Shown in pieces: positions 28,672 to 43,365 of a stretch of DNA of 64,000 nucleotides. How positions within the stretch are numbered: position 1 is the first letter of the stretch; each line of letters opens with the position of its first letter. Made by a program: the position numbers and the translations under genes. Source of the DNA: the human T2T-CHM13v2.0 reference genome, Homo sapiens; the NCBI RefSeq assembly GCF_009914755.1, contig NC_060933.1, one strand, 5' to 3'. The notes under the pieces are model-generated. The model was not told the origin of the DNA. It saw only the letters and a list, made by a program, of their open reading frames with translations, and ran no database searches.

Positions 28672-30599
28672 GTACCTAGCCTGTGAAAACAGCCAGTATC
28701 ATATCTAAAGAATGCTGGCTAGTGAGGGCCTCTCTCCATTGCACCATCTTTCTCATGTGCCCAAAGGAATTACCTCTAATAGTATGAAGATTGGCATCAC
28801 TAAAGTAATGGCACAAGACTAAGGAGGTCTGGTAATATCCAATTGAAGTGATCTTATCTTCACTCAACACAAACAAACAAAAAACCTACTTGAGAGATTG
28901 GATCATTTGTCTGTATAGAAAGCAAGTCCTACATTAAAAGTGGCCAGTCAGCAAGAATTTAGTGAAGAATATAAAATTAAATGAAGTGGTCTAAAGTTAC
29001 CCATCATGAGTTAAAGGAAAGTTAAAGGCTTGAAAATACATCTTTGCAGATGCGAATTCTATTTATTCCATTTATAGGCTCCAATGATGCCTGGTAAAGA
29101 TCTCCAAAATTAAGAGCAGTGCCCAAAGTATTATTTACCAAAGACTAAGATAAATGCGCCTTTCTTTCACACACTACAGAGAACAGCAGGCCATATTGCA
29201 TTTTCATTAGATGTTTAATTATTATACTCCTTACAAAACATTTTCTCTGCAACTTCTAAATTCATTTCACTTGGGATCACAAGAGTTAGTCTATTGGAAT
29301 GATTTTCAGTTAAGTCCAGATTTAAATTAAGACCGTCTGACTTTCACAGATCTAGTAGTAAGTAGGAAATCTATTGTGCTATCCAGACCACCAGGACTAT
29401 AAATTGATTTGAAGCTTTGGCCCTGTAGAATGTGTTCCTCTTTGGGCAGCTGTCCAGAAACAGCAATAAAGAGGGCAATTACATTGTTTTGTAGTCATTC
29501 TCCCTCACACCAAAACATTCCATTTTCAAGTTTATATTTTACAACAAAAATCTTCCATTAATGGGGAAAAATCGTCTGATAAATCTTTATTACAGTTGTC
29601 AATGGATATTTTGCTCCTGAGAGAATTGTTAATTAAATTATGAACCTGAAAAGCCTATATCTAAAATCACTAATTGCCCCCTTTTCCCTATTTAGAGTAA
29701 GCAGCTGAGAACTGAAGAGGTAATCTTCCTTCTAGAGTTTCCAAGTAGGATCTGGAAGGAGAAAGACTCTATATTCCTTAAAAAATATACAATAGTTTAA
29801 TTTATGAGCCAAAGAATGAAAACTTTACCTGCTTATAAAACAAAAGGATGCTATCCACAGATACTACCTGGTCCTCATGAGGTTAAAGAACTGAGTGATT
29901 AAGTTTTATGTCTCAAAAGTGATGGATCATGAAAAAAGACTAGCAGGTATCTTATTCTACCTCTCTTAGAAAAGAGTAGAGGCCAGATTGGTAATTACTA
30001 GAGGGCCAAATAAACTGATAGCGCTCAGTTCTGGAAGACACCATTCATTTATTCTACAAGTCTTGCTGAATAAACAAATGGAGGAATCTCAGACAGGTTA
30101 ATCACAATCTTTAAGCATTTAGAATCCATCTTGAAGCAGCTCTTTCCATATGAGCTCACTTTTTCAGAAAACCTATCCAGTCAATATGAAAAACCAAGCG
30201 CTAACAGCTGCTTAAATTTGGGGCAGGACTTTATGATTTATTCTGATGCAACAAACAATGTAATCTAAATGAGGTATGGGAGGGAAAGAAAGTTTGGCAA
30301 CTCTGCCTATCCGGAAGCCTCCTCTCAGTGTTAATGTGAGAAAAGGAAAGAGTATTTTTATTTTCATTAAAATGCAACAAGCATCAAAGTCAGAAAATAG
30401 ATCATCTTTCCTCATGGTTAGAAGCAAACAGAAGCAGATGAGCATGTGCATTCTGCTGGGTGTTGCTGGGGCCTTTTCTAACACAGATCCATCACTTGGC
30501 ATGTGAGTCCAAGCTTGCAGGGAGAAGGAGAGGAAACCTGCCTGAGGACTGGATTGGCCACTGTCCAAGCAGGACAGGCAAGCACTATGCTAGTTCTGG

Positions 30600-31140
30600 A
30601 AGATGTTTCATTCATTCATTCTGCAAGTCTGTGTTGAATGCCTTCTGTGTACCTGGGCATTTATCAGCTCTGGGGATCAAAAGGGGAGCTAGATGTGGCA
30701 GTACTGTCAGGTTGCTCACAGCCTGAAGGAAGACAGAGATAAGCAGGCAACTGCGATACAATTCAAGTATCATATATAGAGACTTAAGAGTATATTCAGG
30801 AAGGGCCTGTCCTTCTGACTCAGGAGTTCAGGGAAAGCTTCCTAGAGGAGCTGACATCTAGACTGATACTTGAAGGAGGAATCAGTCAGGTGACACCACA
30901 GCAGTCTGGAGGCGGGGAAGAGAGAAGGGGTGGGGAATAGAGGGGAGGCAAGAGATGAAGGGGCAAAAGTATTCAAAGCATGTTCAGAGATCTAGAGGAG
31001 AAAAAGAACATAGCACATCAGGAACCAACACAAGTACAATGTGGCTGAAGCATATTCTGGGAGGAAGAAAAATAAGGCTGAAGATATTTTAAAAAATAAT
31101 ATCCTTGTAAACCACACTAAGGAGTTTCAATTACATCAAG
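30600..31140. mobile_element. L2 fragments
   Basis: 'ttcattcattcatt...tgttgaatgccttctgtgtacctgggca' and 'gggaaagcttcctagaggagctgaca'. Confidence 0.6.
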
Positions 31141-31341
31141 AGTCACAAGGCTCCATTCTAGACAGTTTTGGAATTTCCAGATAACTCGGATTCCATGGAT
31201 GAGAAACCACACCACACGCAGCCCCTCTCTAAAAGGGGCTGAAGATGTTTGTTTACATTTGTGTTTTTGCCAAGTCTATTATCAGTTCCTGGATGGCAAA
31301 AAACATTTTCGGGGTAAATGTCCCGAGCTCAGCTCGGAGGT

Positions 31342-31752
31342 GTGTAGTGGCTTGAATGGTGGTCCCCCTAAAGGACCTGTAAATGTGACCTTATTTTATT
31401 TTTTAAAAAAGATTTTTACACATGTAATTAAGTTAAGCATCTTGAGATCATTCTGAAATTAGGGTAGATCTTAAATCCAATTATTGTGTTCTTAGAACAC
31501 ATAGACACAGAGAATGCCATGTGAAGACAGAGGCAGAGATTGCAGTTTTGTTGCTAAAATCCAAAGAATGCCTAAAGTCACCAGTGGAAGAGGAAACAAA
31601 GGAGTCTCCCCTCCAGCCTTCAGAAGGAGTTATGGCTTTACCAAGACTTTCATTTCAGACTTCTGGCCTGTAAAACTGTGAAAGAATAAGTTTTTGTTTT
31701 TATAAGACACCCAATTGGTGGTAATTTTATCATGATAGCCACAGGAAACTCA
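31342..31752 (+). mobile_element. MLT1B/C MaLR LTR
   Basis: 'tgtagtggcttgaatggtggtcccc...gccatgtgaagacagaggcagagattg...gccacaggaaact'. Confidence 0.75.
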
Positions 31753-32130
31753 GAGAGTGGAAGCTATGAGAAGTCAAGGAAGATTTCTAGAAGACAGAAT
31801 GCCTGAGTGAAGACTTGAAAACAGTTAGATTGAACCAGCTGAGATGATCAGGGCATGGGGCTAGGAGGAGGATGGAAAAGAAGTAGGAACGGAAGGGCAA
31901 GTTGATATGGTGTTCAAGGAAGGGTCTTGAAAAATTAAAGGAATGATCTCGAAGATGTATTTCATACTATGAAGTAACATCAAACGTACTTATATCTAAT
32001 GTCAGATACTAAAACGTACTTGTATTTAACTCATGGTTGAGATGATTTGGCCAAAAAGAAAAGGTTTATACAAAAAGGTTGTCAAAAAGGAGTTTTGTAT
32101 ACAAATAGGTTTGGAAAATGATGTATATAC

Positions 32131-32481
32131 TGTCAGAAAACAAAATAACAACAAACTTAATTAAGATCTAGAATTGGACAACACTTATTCTGTAAGATAG
32201 AACGAACGTTCCCATGAGCTGAGAAGAAGGAACGGAATATAAAACAGACGGGTCATTTCAAAGTTAATGATTGTCTTGCCTTGTCTTGCCTGCTAAAACT
32301 GGCCTATTTGGGGATTTGCCTATTATCTCTCCCTCTCCTGATTTCTCAGAAGGTTGGATCAACAACTTAATTTTGGCTTGGTAGCACGGAACTTTAGTGT
32401 GACTCCATTTTGGTTTGGTCTATTGGGCCTAGTGCAGGAGCTCAATCCAAACCAATAACCTCCTGTAATTTTTTTTTAAAC
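32131..32481 (-). mobile_element. ERV1 LTR (MER31/MER67-type)
   Basis: 'gtgactccattttggtttggtctattgggcctagtgcaggagctca'. Confidence 0.7.
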
Positions 32482-33689
32482 AACACTATTTGTAGTTTAG
32501 GGATCCAAAGTTCAGATAACCATATTGACAGCCTGGGGAAATTCTGCACTCTATTTCCCCCCGAGTCTCAAACTTTTGTGTGTGTATATGTGTGTATGTG
32601 TGTGGAGAATAAGGAGAGCTGCACCTCCCGTCAATGTTTGGGAAACGTTGCCCCAGACTATGTTTGAGGGAGGTCAGGAAAGCCCTGCCCCGATATAAAA
32701 CCAAATGGTTCAAGCTCCTTTTTTTTTGTATTTAAAAAATAATTTTATAATTATATAATTTGTTTTTATAATTATAAATATTAACAATTTTATAATTTTT
32801 TGTAACGACAAAACTTCTTTTGTATTTTTTCATAGCTGGGAAAAGGTTATGCTGTGCTTCTAGGAGTTCACCCTTCAGGCTGACTCATCACTGACACCTT
32901 AGAAAGTGTGAAAAGCTGATCCTTTCTGTAGAATGGGCTTAAATCAGGACTAGTGTGAAAGACCATGACATACTCTGAGAAGAGCCAGGGGTCAACCTAA
33001 ACATGATGATGTGGTGGACAGCGGTGAGAATGCAGGTTGCGGAACTCCTGGAGAGACTGACAGCCAATTCTGGGTTTTGTTAGGATCTGACCTGCTCTGC
33101 AAAAGCCCACGTAGGTTGCCTTGCCGGGGGCTGACTTTTGACAAGGTGCAGTTTGCCTCTAGCTGTTTCTCCTATGCTCTTTCATTCTTCCTGTCCCTGA
33201 ACTTCTTTGATTTCTGGCCAGGCAGGTAGCCCCTTGAGTGATCCGAGAGCTTCATCTCTACCATTAGGTCCTGAGAGTGTCCTGGTCACCTGGCCTGGCT
33301 CTTTCTAGGATACTGCACTTTTTTTTTCAGGAAGGGCAGAAGATGAATGGCTTTCAGAGAATAACATTTACAGACAGTTCTGTTTGACCAAAGCAAATTG
33401 CAAGCATGCAATGATTAAGCTGCAGATAATTGAAAACAATGTTTTATTTACATAGCAACAAACCACCCCCAATCCCCTCCAACAAATCAGTGCCTGAAAC
33501 TTACATTTTATGGTAGTGATTTAAATAAAAAATAAATGATACCTAGCACCTTGGGGCAATTCATGAGTACTTGCAGATCATGGGTCCCAATTTAGCTCAC
33601 ACTGGGACTCTTGCAATCTTAACCAAAAGCAATTTACAGAAAGAATTTCTTCTCTGACAAACATTCAAAGCAATTACAATCTGATCTGT

Positions 33690-33750
33690 TTCTCTCTCTC
33701 TCTCTCTCTCCCTCTCCCTCTCTCCCTCCCTCCCTCCCTCCCTCTCTCCC
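33690..33750. repeat. (TC)n/(CCCT)n polypyrimidine microsatellite
   Basis: Visible directly. Confidence 0.9.
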
Positions 33751-35935
33751 CACCTTAGCTTAGTTTTGTGCTTGTTTGTTTTATAGATTAGGCCTGATTT
33801 TAAAGTATCTGTAAATCTTTCTCTAAGTAAAGGACAGATTGCTGATCTGTATGCAAATGATATAGTTGCCTGCCTTAAAAATTTAAGATTGACTTTGAAT
33901 TGACCCCATGCTTTATGCCTCAGAGGAAATCTATGAAAGGATATTTATAATACCTGTGGACATTGTGTACGATACCAGTGGGAGTTTTCTTCAACGGTAG
34001 ATGAATAGCAGAAACATGGGCAGACTAAAATGTGGCAGATATATGCAAAAGGGAGATTGAAACTGATTTACATAGCTGGGTATTACTTACTGTAGCTCTC
34101 TGTGGTTTCTCTATTGAATACCTAAAAATATGATAAGGTTCTGTAAAAATAAAGAACATAAAACTAAAAACGCACACATATGATAACATACTAGTTGAGT
34201 CCCAAAAAGTTTATAGCACAAATTTTATTTTTCTAAATATAGTTTTGAGAACAACTTAAACAATTTTTATAATGACCTTATTCTTACCTGGGGGCAAGCC
34301 ACAAAAATTTCGTCTATGTTGGAAGTTCATGTGCTTCAAAATACATACCTCACTGCACATCGGTTTTCAGCATTAGCCAAGACTTTTTTTTGGTTTTATT
34401 TTTTCGAAACTCTTCACATTGCCTTAAAAATTAGAATAGACAGAGCAGAACATTGACCTGGGATGAAATATGGATTTTTTTACGCTTCTCTCAAACTCAA
34501 ATTTTATTAAGGTTATTGAAAATAAGATCACTTCACTTATAAATGCCAGAGAAACCCAAAGGATAAAATTGCAGGAGATTAGCATACCTATTCTTACCCT
34601 ACAACAAACATATTTCATTCCAAACCTCAGCAATTTCTTGGGCCACACTATTTCAGAGCTACATTTTTTAGTGTTTAGTTTTTATTTCCTCAGTAGCAGG
34701 TTAGCTGTCTTGTACTCTCACATGAAAGTGTTGAAATTCTCCAGGTCATCAAGAAAATGGTTGCAGTGGAGTCTTTGTATCCTCAGGATCACCTGTGAAG
34801 TCTTACCCCCAAACATTTTGCACTCATCAGCTCACAGCGGAGCAATCCAAGTGCTAGGCCTGAGCATCCCAATAGGACCCTCACATGATTGTGGAAGTGA
34901 TGAAAGACAATGCTCTCCCATCTTTGCCCTTTGTCTCCCGCCATGAGACCCCTCTACTTACCCCCTCTTATGTCCAGGGCTCATGCTCTTTTCTGTTCCC
35001 TTTATTTAACATGAAACTATCTGATATTGTCTCATTCACTGCGTACCTAGCTGATAATAGGCACTCAATACATGATTTTATTGAATTAATAAATGAATGA
35101 TTGAATCACATACGTTCTAGTTTAGAGAGGGCTAACTAGAAAAAAAGATCAGAGAAAGAAAACAAATCACACTTGGGTCTTCCAACCCTAGTCTTTTCTT
35201 TATAGGACAAGTAGGAAGAAATGTGGCTAAGAGGAGTCGACATTTATTTTAGAAGGAGAAGAAAAAGGACAGGTAGCAAGAGTAGAAATATCTGGTAGAA
35301 ATCAAATTATTCCAGTGTCCTCCCATTTATCTGGCCGGATGTCATTATGAGGGCAAAGCACTATTCAGAAGAGAAATTCCTACAGCATGATGATGTGTTC
35401 AGTAGTGGGAGGGAAGGAAGTGGAGGTGTCTAGTGGAAATACGAGATAACTTTGTAGTGTGCACAGGTGTAGCTGTACAGGCCCCTCAGCTCTGTGGGAG
35501 AGGAACTCGGGGTTTGACAAGCCTGATGCCTTTTCTGCTAATCTGGATCCAGAATTGCCCTTTCTTTCTGTCTTTAAACTCCTGTTGGTTCCTTTGTGGT
35601 TGATGGGAGAGAACAGGGAGTCATTAAGGAGAATGAGGTTGCCTCCCGTATGGGAAAGAAGAGTTGGGGATGCCTCCATGAATGCTGTGCAGAGAAAAGC
35701 AATGAAATTTCATCACATTTCCTTTTAAAGTAGTGATCAAAATACTTTGTCTTGTGGGATGCTGTTTCTTTATTGAGAGAGTCGTGAGTTAGATAATATG
35801 CTACCTTTCTTATATGTGTCAAATACTGTACTAGGTGGGCATACCTTGCCTTCATGGAGCTTATAGTCTGATAGAGAAGATAAATATTAAGCAAGCGACT
35901 ACATAAGTAGATACAAGGTTAAAACTGTGATTAAT

Positions 35936-36584
<649 letters not shown>

Positions 36585-36930
36585 TAAGAGTTTGGAGCAG
36601 ACTTGCTGTGGAGTGATTTGAATTTTATGACATTTCTTTTATTAGAAACCAAGAGATTTTGATCCCTATTAAAGGAATTTCTGGCATTATTATTCAAATG
36701 AAGAAAAATTACAGGCTCTTACAAGACCTTCTTATCCCTCTCCAAAGTCAGGAGAGCAGCTTTCTATGCTGCCTGTGCACAGAGTGGCTACTGGGACCAG
36801 CAGTGCCAAGTTCAACCTGAAAGGTCTGGAGCCCTCTCAATGGGATTCTACATCTTTTATCCTCTGAGAAAGCAAAAAGTAACCCTAACATTCAGCAACT
36901 ATTCTAAGGCTTATGGCCAGGCCCTAGTAT

Positions 36931-37851
36931 TGTTAGAAGCTGCCCTGGCCCTCACAGGCAGGCCATGTTGTTCTCTTGCTGGATATAAACACTCTCACAG
37001 AATACCAACATCAGAGAAGATCACTCAGGCCATGATACAATGAGAAAACTCAAGACCACTTCATAATTTTGTCCAAGCCAGTGACAAAAGATCCCTATAC
37101 AACCCACAAAATACCAAACATCCCCTTTCTTGGCTAATGTGACTGATTCCTGGTTCTTAACCATTTGTAGCTTTATCTTTTCTCCAGTCTGCCCATTCTA
37201 AAGAATTATTGCTGCTTTTTGACAGCCTTCTTCAATCCAGGAGAGCCCCTGCTTTCTTCATCCCTCTCCCAAGTTCATCTGTCCTCCCTCCCTCCCTTCC
37301 TTCCTTCCCTCCCTCCCTCTCTCTTTCTCTTTCTTTTCTTCCCCTTCCTTCCTTCCTTCCTTCCTTCCTTCCTTCCTTCCTTCCTTCCTTCCTTCCTTCC
37401 TCCCTTCCTTCCTTCCTTCCTTTCTTCCTTTGTTTTCTGACAGGGTCTTTCTCTGTCAACCAGCCCAGGCTGGAGTGCAGTGGCTCAATTATAGCTTACT
37501 GCAGTCTCATACTCCTGGGCTTCAGAGTTCTGCTTCGTCCTCTTGAGTAACTGGGAAAACAGGTGCACATCACCATCCCTGTCAAATTTTTTAAATTTTT
37601 GTAGAGATGAGGTCTTGCTATGTTGCTCAATCTGGTCTCAAACTCCTGGCCTGAAGCAATCCTTCCACCTTCGGCCTCCCAAGGTGTTGAAATTACAGGT
37701 GTGAGCCACCTCATCTGGCCCTATAATTCCTTTCTAACACCCTTTTATTGAGATATCCACACCATGATGTGTCTTCTACTTCACCATTAAAACCCCAGCT
37801 CATTCAACCACATATGTGTTCCTAGGGGCCTTCGGTTGAAGGGAATTGACA
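36931..37851 (+). mobile_element. ERV1 LTR (MER90/MER110-like) interrupted by AluJ
   Basis: 'cacagaataccaacatcaga...accaaacatcccc...tcctttctaacacc...gggaattgaca'. Confidence 0.6.
37283..37720 (-). mobile_element. AluJ with expanded (TTCC)n tail (37283-37434)
   Basis: Antisense Alu preceded by a CCTT tetranucleotide array. Confidence 0.85.
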
Positions 37852-38859
37852 CTTCACTGCTCCTGAAGTGTGATAATCCTGCCTTCTATTAGATTCTTCA
37901 GGACTTTGGTCAGTGTTTTTTTTTTTTTTTTTTTTTTTTGCACACAGCTTGTGCACAATGTATATATCAGATAGATGACTGATGTAGGATTTTTATATCT
38001 GCCTATCTACCTATCGATTGATTGATCAATCAATCTATCTGTTAGGACCCTGGTGTGCTGATGAAAGAATACCCAACACAAATATTCACTAAAAGGGGTG
38101 GGGGGCGTTCATTATTTTATTTAATGAAAAAGTTTAGACTGGCTTAAGAAAAGTTTGTATTGAGGACTGAAACAACATAATAGAAATTTATTTCTCTCCA
38201 TGTCTCATTCTTTTTCATACCACATTGAGACAGTTTGTCTTTTGTGTTGGTTCTTTTACAAGCCAATCACAGTGGATCAGGAGAGTGCATTGCTTTGACT
38301 ATCCAAGATTGGGTCATATGGTCCACCTCCCCAACCCTGTATTTCGGGATGAGCCCACCAAAACTGTATGGAGCAAGAGCTGGGGAGCTGGGAACTGCCA
38401 AGGTAAAATTCATTCTGTGTTATAAATCTTATTAGAGAGGATTTGAATGGCAGTGACTAAAAGCTGGGGCAAAGAGGGTTTGGGGAGCATGACTCTTAGA
38501 AGACATGGGTTCAAGGAGTATCATAGCCATTCTATGCTTGCTTGGATAGATTGCTAGAAAGTAGGAGCGTTTAAGAGCTGTCATGGGCTTGGAAAGGAAA
38601 ATATCAGAAAAGTTCAGGGAATTTTTACTGAAGAAGACTGTGGAATCTAAAAGAAAGATTTCAATACTTAAAATATAATTATGGGAGGCCAACATTTTTC
38701 ACTGAGACATGAACACACACACACACACAAAACAGGCTTAGTGGCAGCAGGAACAAGTAAGTTAGTTTTCCCCTGCCTGCACTGCTCTGCCTGCTACTCT
38801 TCACTGCTTCCCTCCTGGTCATCCTTGGATCCAGCTAAGCAAGGCATCCTCTGGGCAAG

Positions 38860-39252
38860 CATTACAGAAAAAATCCTGGGACTCTATAGAAGAATTACCC
38901 CCCCAAACTTAGAAGGAGACGAGAGACCAAAGAATGATGTGGAGAAGTCCAGCTTGATAAGTAGATGAGTTTATTAGGACACACATACAGAGCATTCCTG
39001 GGCAGCAGCAGGTCACCTCCACAGATCTGCCCTGCCACCTGTATCTAAGGTGATTTTGAACTAATTTTCTGGCTCTTTGCCTACGGCATGCAATTAGACT
39101 GCTTTTCTTGGTATATTCCCAGATATTTACATGTTTGGGTTCTTAGGGATACCTGCTCCTGTGCTGGGCACCATGGCCTTGGCTCACCACCTGGCCTTCT
39201 GGGTTCAAGCAGCAGACATATATCCTTAATTAATCTGGTGGAGGACCTGTCA
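38860..39252 (-). mobile_element. LTR47-type ERVL LTR
   Basis: Minus strand 'gagccaaggccatggtgcccagc...gtaggcaaagagccagaaaattag...cctaataaactcatctact'. Confidence 0.7.
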
Positions 39253-39264
39253 CTCCACAGCAAG

Positions 39265-39661
39265 TGATACGGTTTGCTTCTGTGTCCCCACCCAAGTCTC
39301 ATGTTGAATTGTAATCCCCAGTGTTGGAGGTGGGGCCTGGTGGAAGGTGACTGGACCATGGGGGTGGTTTCTAAGGGTTTAGCACCGTTCCCTGAGAGCT
39401 GTCTCATAATATAGTTCTCACAAGATCTGGTTGTTTAAAAGTATGTGGCACCAACTTCCACTCTCTCTCTTCTTCCTGCTCCAGCCTTATAAGACATGCC
39501 TGCTTCCCCTTTACCTTCTGCCATGACTGCAAGTTTCCTGAGGCCTCCCCAGCCATGCTTCCTGTACAGCCTGTAGAATCATGAGCCAATTAAGCCTCTT
39601 TTCTTTATAAATTACCCAGTCTCAGGTATTTCTTTATAGCAGTGTGGAACAAACAAATACA
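39265..39661 (+). mobile_element. MSTA MaLR solo LTR
   Basis: 'tgatacggttt...gggtttagcacc...aaacaaataca'; TSD gcaag/gtaag. Confidence 0.85.
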
Positions 39662-42145
39662 GTAAGTATTCTCCAAACCCTTAAACTAGATCAGATTTCC
39701 CTGCTATAAAATTTCATAGCACCATTTCTCTTTTTTTCTTGCATACCATCGAAGTTTTAATCTCATATTTATTTATGTAGTTGTTGCTTAGTAACTATCT
39801 TCTCCTTTAGATATAAGTTCCATGAAGGCAAGGTATGCCCACCTAGATTAGTATCTGGCACATATAAGATATGCATTGGATATCATTTCAATAAAGAAAT
39901 TTATAGGCATAAACTTCCTAATGGGGTGCTTTTAAACACTATTTTACATTTCTAAGAAAGATTGTGTTGTCTTCCTCTTAAATGTAGTAAAAGATGGACA
40001 GGTATTCAGCAGCATCAAAGGCATAGCTGAAGTCTACACCCTGGCCTGAGGAGAGAAAGATGCTTCCAGCCTTGTAATCTTGAGAATTGTTATAAAATGA
40101 TTGTTTGGAATTTCTGTTTTTGGCAATGCCAGGATGCCACAGGAGATTGAGTCTAAAGTTTGCATGATCCATTTCAATCCATTTGAGCAAGAACCAAATG
40201 ACTATCATTGAGGCAACAAAATACACAAATTGCGTCCCACATACACTAATGGCTTTTTGGATTTGTTTGTCATGTCCATTTCTAGTGATATGCTTCTTTA
40301 TAACAAGGAAGCTAACTAAGTCATCTTTGACAGTTATTTTACAATCCTCACTGGGGAAGTATTAGTTTTCAAATTTCTAGTCTGTTGTGGAATGCTTTTT
40401 AAAAATACCATAAAAATAAATTACTAGTCAAATAAAATAAATATATACAAAATATGAGCCCAAGTTTTCACTAGATGAAACAAATGTCAATTTACTGTGT
40501 CATGTTGCTCAAGAAGTTTCTAACCACTGTCAGTTTTGTACTTTTCTTTTACTTGTTTTTCATGGCAACCTTACTTGAGCTGTGACTGATAATGTTGCTA
40601 TTTGCAATGGCAGAAGAATCCCAAGACACTAGTTGCAGTTTGTACATATTTGTGTGCTTCCAGCAAATTGTTTTTCTCTCTCACCCAATGAGTCTGTAAA
40701 GACAGGAAAGTCTATATCCGCAGATAAGCTTTCTGCTCACACAGTGCAATTTGAGAAGGTGTCAGGATTGCTACAATTTGGGGTTCTGCAAGACTATTTA
40801 AACATTTTTCTACCAACCATTTAATATGAAATATTCAAAAATTCAATGGAAAATACAGACGGGCCTAAAAAGAGCGTAAAATGAGCAGTACATTTTATAG
40901 TTGATACATAGAGTATAATGTACTCCATACCTGCTTTAAAAAATAAAACACATTTCTTTTAAATCTGTGGCTTTCATTTCCATTACCCTAGAATTTTAGT
41001 AAAAAGAAATGGGTTTGACTAAAGCAGGATAACATATTGCCCTCTTCCAACAAATATCAGATCATAAGAATGGTAGATGTGATGGTATGAAAATGATTTT
41101 CTTAGCTTGTGACCACTGTCACAAGACATTTCATTTCACATCATTTGATTTTATAGATTAAATATACCACTGGGATAAAATCAGATTTCCTTTGACAATC
41201 TGTGGGAGAAGGAAGAATCTGTGGGAGAACTACATTATCATAATTGTGAGGTTAAAAAAAACACACTCACAAAACAGCATCCAAGTTATCTAGTACTGGG
41301 AGACTGTAAAACTTGATTATTGCAAAGGTGGATTGGCATATTAATTAAAAATAAGACTGACATTTGAAGCATATTTCAGATTTCATGGCAAATTTCATCA
41401 TTCTAAATATAGATTCGGATTAATTATGACACATTTGGTGCTAAGCTATTTTAGAATTCAAAACACTTCCATCTTGGAATGGTTGCAGCAAATCAGGGTG
41501 TTTGATCAAGCTGCAGAGAAAAGAGGCTGGGTTTAATGCTCCAGGTCTCCTCATATTCTGCCTCTAGCTTTTCTTTTCTGTGCAGGTTAAGCTGGTAGAG
41601 TTATACAAGGTGATGGCATTTCAGTGCAAATGAAATTTGACATTTTGAGTGTAAATAAGAATGGTTTGCCTTCTTGCAGTATAAGTCACTCTTCACCAGC
41701 AGTTAAAATAAAGTGAAAACCACAGAAATGTGGGTTATTCATTTTCTTACATACACACCAAGGAATTTTACATTCAGTTATTGCCATGAACATTACTTTA
41801 TCCTTTTCTTTTTCAATTTATTGCCTCATTACAGGGATTGATAATGATATTTCTTCTGAATGACTATTATACACATACTTTTTCAACTATAGCTAGAACC
41901 TGGAGATATAACTTTTATCTTTCCTTTAGGGATATCTAAGGTAGGCACTCTTATTCTTCCTAAGATACATAAAGATTAGGAAACTTTATGATTTTTTTAC
42001 TTTTATTTTTCTAATGGTTTCGTTAGAGTAAAGAACAAAGCAGATGTAACACAACTTAATTTTCTCCCTCTCTTTAAATGAGAGAGAAATGGTGAGGGGA
42101 GGAGGTAAGAGAAAACTCAGGAAGAATCATAAAAGTTCTAAGCTG

Positions 42146-42955
42146 TCTGTTCATATCCTCATTTATGCAGCCAAAAAACACATGAAAAAATGCTCATCAT
42201 CACTGGCCATCAGAGAAATGCAAACCAAAACCACAATGAGATACCATCTCACACCAGTTAGAATGGCGATCATTAAAAAGTCAGGAAACAACAGGAGATG
42301 GAGAGGATGTGGAGAAATAGGAACACCTTTACACTGTTGGTGGGACTGTAAACTAGTTCAACCATTGTGGAAGTCAGTGTGGCGATTCCTCAGGGATCTA
42401 GAACTAGAAATACCATTTGACCCAGCCATCCCATTACTGGGTTTATACCTAAAGGATTATAAATCATGCTGCTATAAAGACACATGCACACGTATGTTTA
42501 TAGCAGCACTATTTATTCACAATAGCAAAGACTTGGAACCAACCTAAATGTCCAACAACGATAGACTGGATTAAGAAAATGTGGCACATATACACCATGG
42601 AATACTAGGCAGCCATAAAAAATGATGAGTTCATGTCCTTTGTAGGGACATGGATGAAACTGGAAAGCATCATTCTCAGCAAACTATTGCAAGGACAAAA
42701 AACCAAACACCGCATGTTCTCACGCATAGGTGGGAATTGAACAGTGAGAACACATGGACACAGGAAGGGAACATCACACACCGGGGACTGTTGTGGGGTG
42801 GGGGGAGGGAGGAGGGATAGCATTAGGAGATATACCTAATGCTAAATGACAAGTTAATGGGTGTAGCACACCAGCATGGCACACGTATACGTATGTAACA
42901 AACCTGAACGTTGTGCACATGGACCCTAAAACTTAAAGTATAATAATAATAAAAA
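42146..42955 (+). mobile_element. 5'-truncated L1PA3/4 with 14-bp 5' inversion
   Basis: ORF2 C-terminus ([36 protein letters not shown]), 3'UTR and polyA; TSD aaaagtt[c/a]taagctg at 42131-42145 and 42956-42970. Confidence 0.92.
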
Positions 42956-43024
42956 AAAAGTTATAAGCTGGAAGGAGTGCTTAAATCCAGGAATGCTTAA
43001 ATCCTGCCATTGAGACCTTTCAAC

Positions 43025-43235
43025 TCCTTCTTCAGATAAGGACAATGAAGTACAGAGAAGGTAATTTACCTAAGCTTACTGAGCTGACTAGTTACAGAGC
43101 TGAGCCTACAATATGGATCAAAACGGATGAGTTGGGTGTGTCATTTCACCTTCTGAGCTTCATTTTGTTCAACTGTAAAATCTGGCTGTTAGATTAGATC
43201 ATCTCTAAAGTCCCCTTTAGCACCAATATTTCTAG
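43025..43235. mobile_element. MIR fragments
   Basis: 'cagataaggacaatgaagtacagagaaggt' and 'ttctgagcttcattttgttcaactgtaaaat...gatcatctctaaagtccc'. Confidence 0.55.
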
Positions 43236-43365
43236 AATTGGAGTTGTCAAACATTAAGGTATACATCCTGGCTCTGTCTCTCTGTACTGGTCAGGGGGTG
43301 GTTGCTTTAACTCCTAAGCATTAGTTTTCTCACTGTGAGATACTGATTAATTAATTCAACCCATA

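Noticed and set aside
32725-32812. AT-rich quasi-palindrome (PATRR-like)
   Set aside because: Short, imperfect low-complexity AT tract with no long, clean inverted arms.
42089-42547. 152-aa ORF
   Set aside because: Mostly the L1 ORF2 C-terminus of a truncated, frameshifted element.
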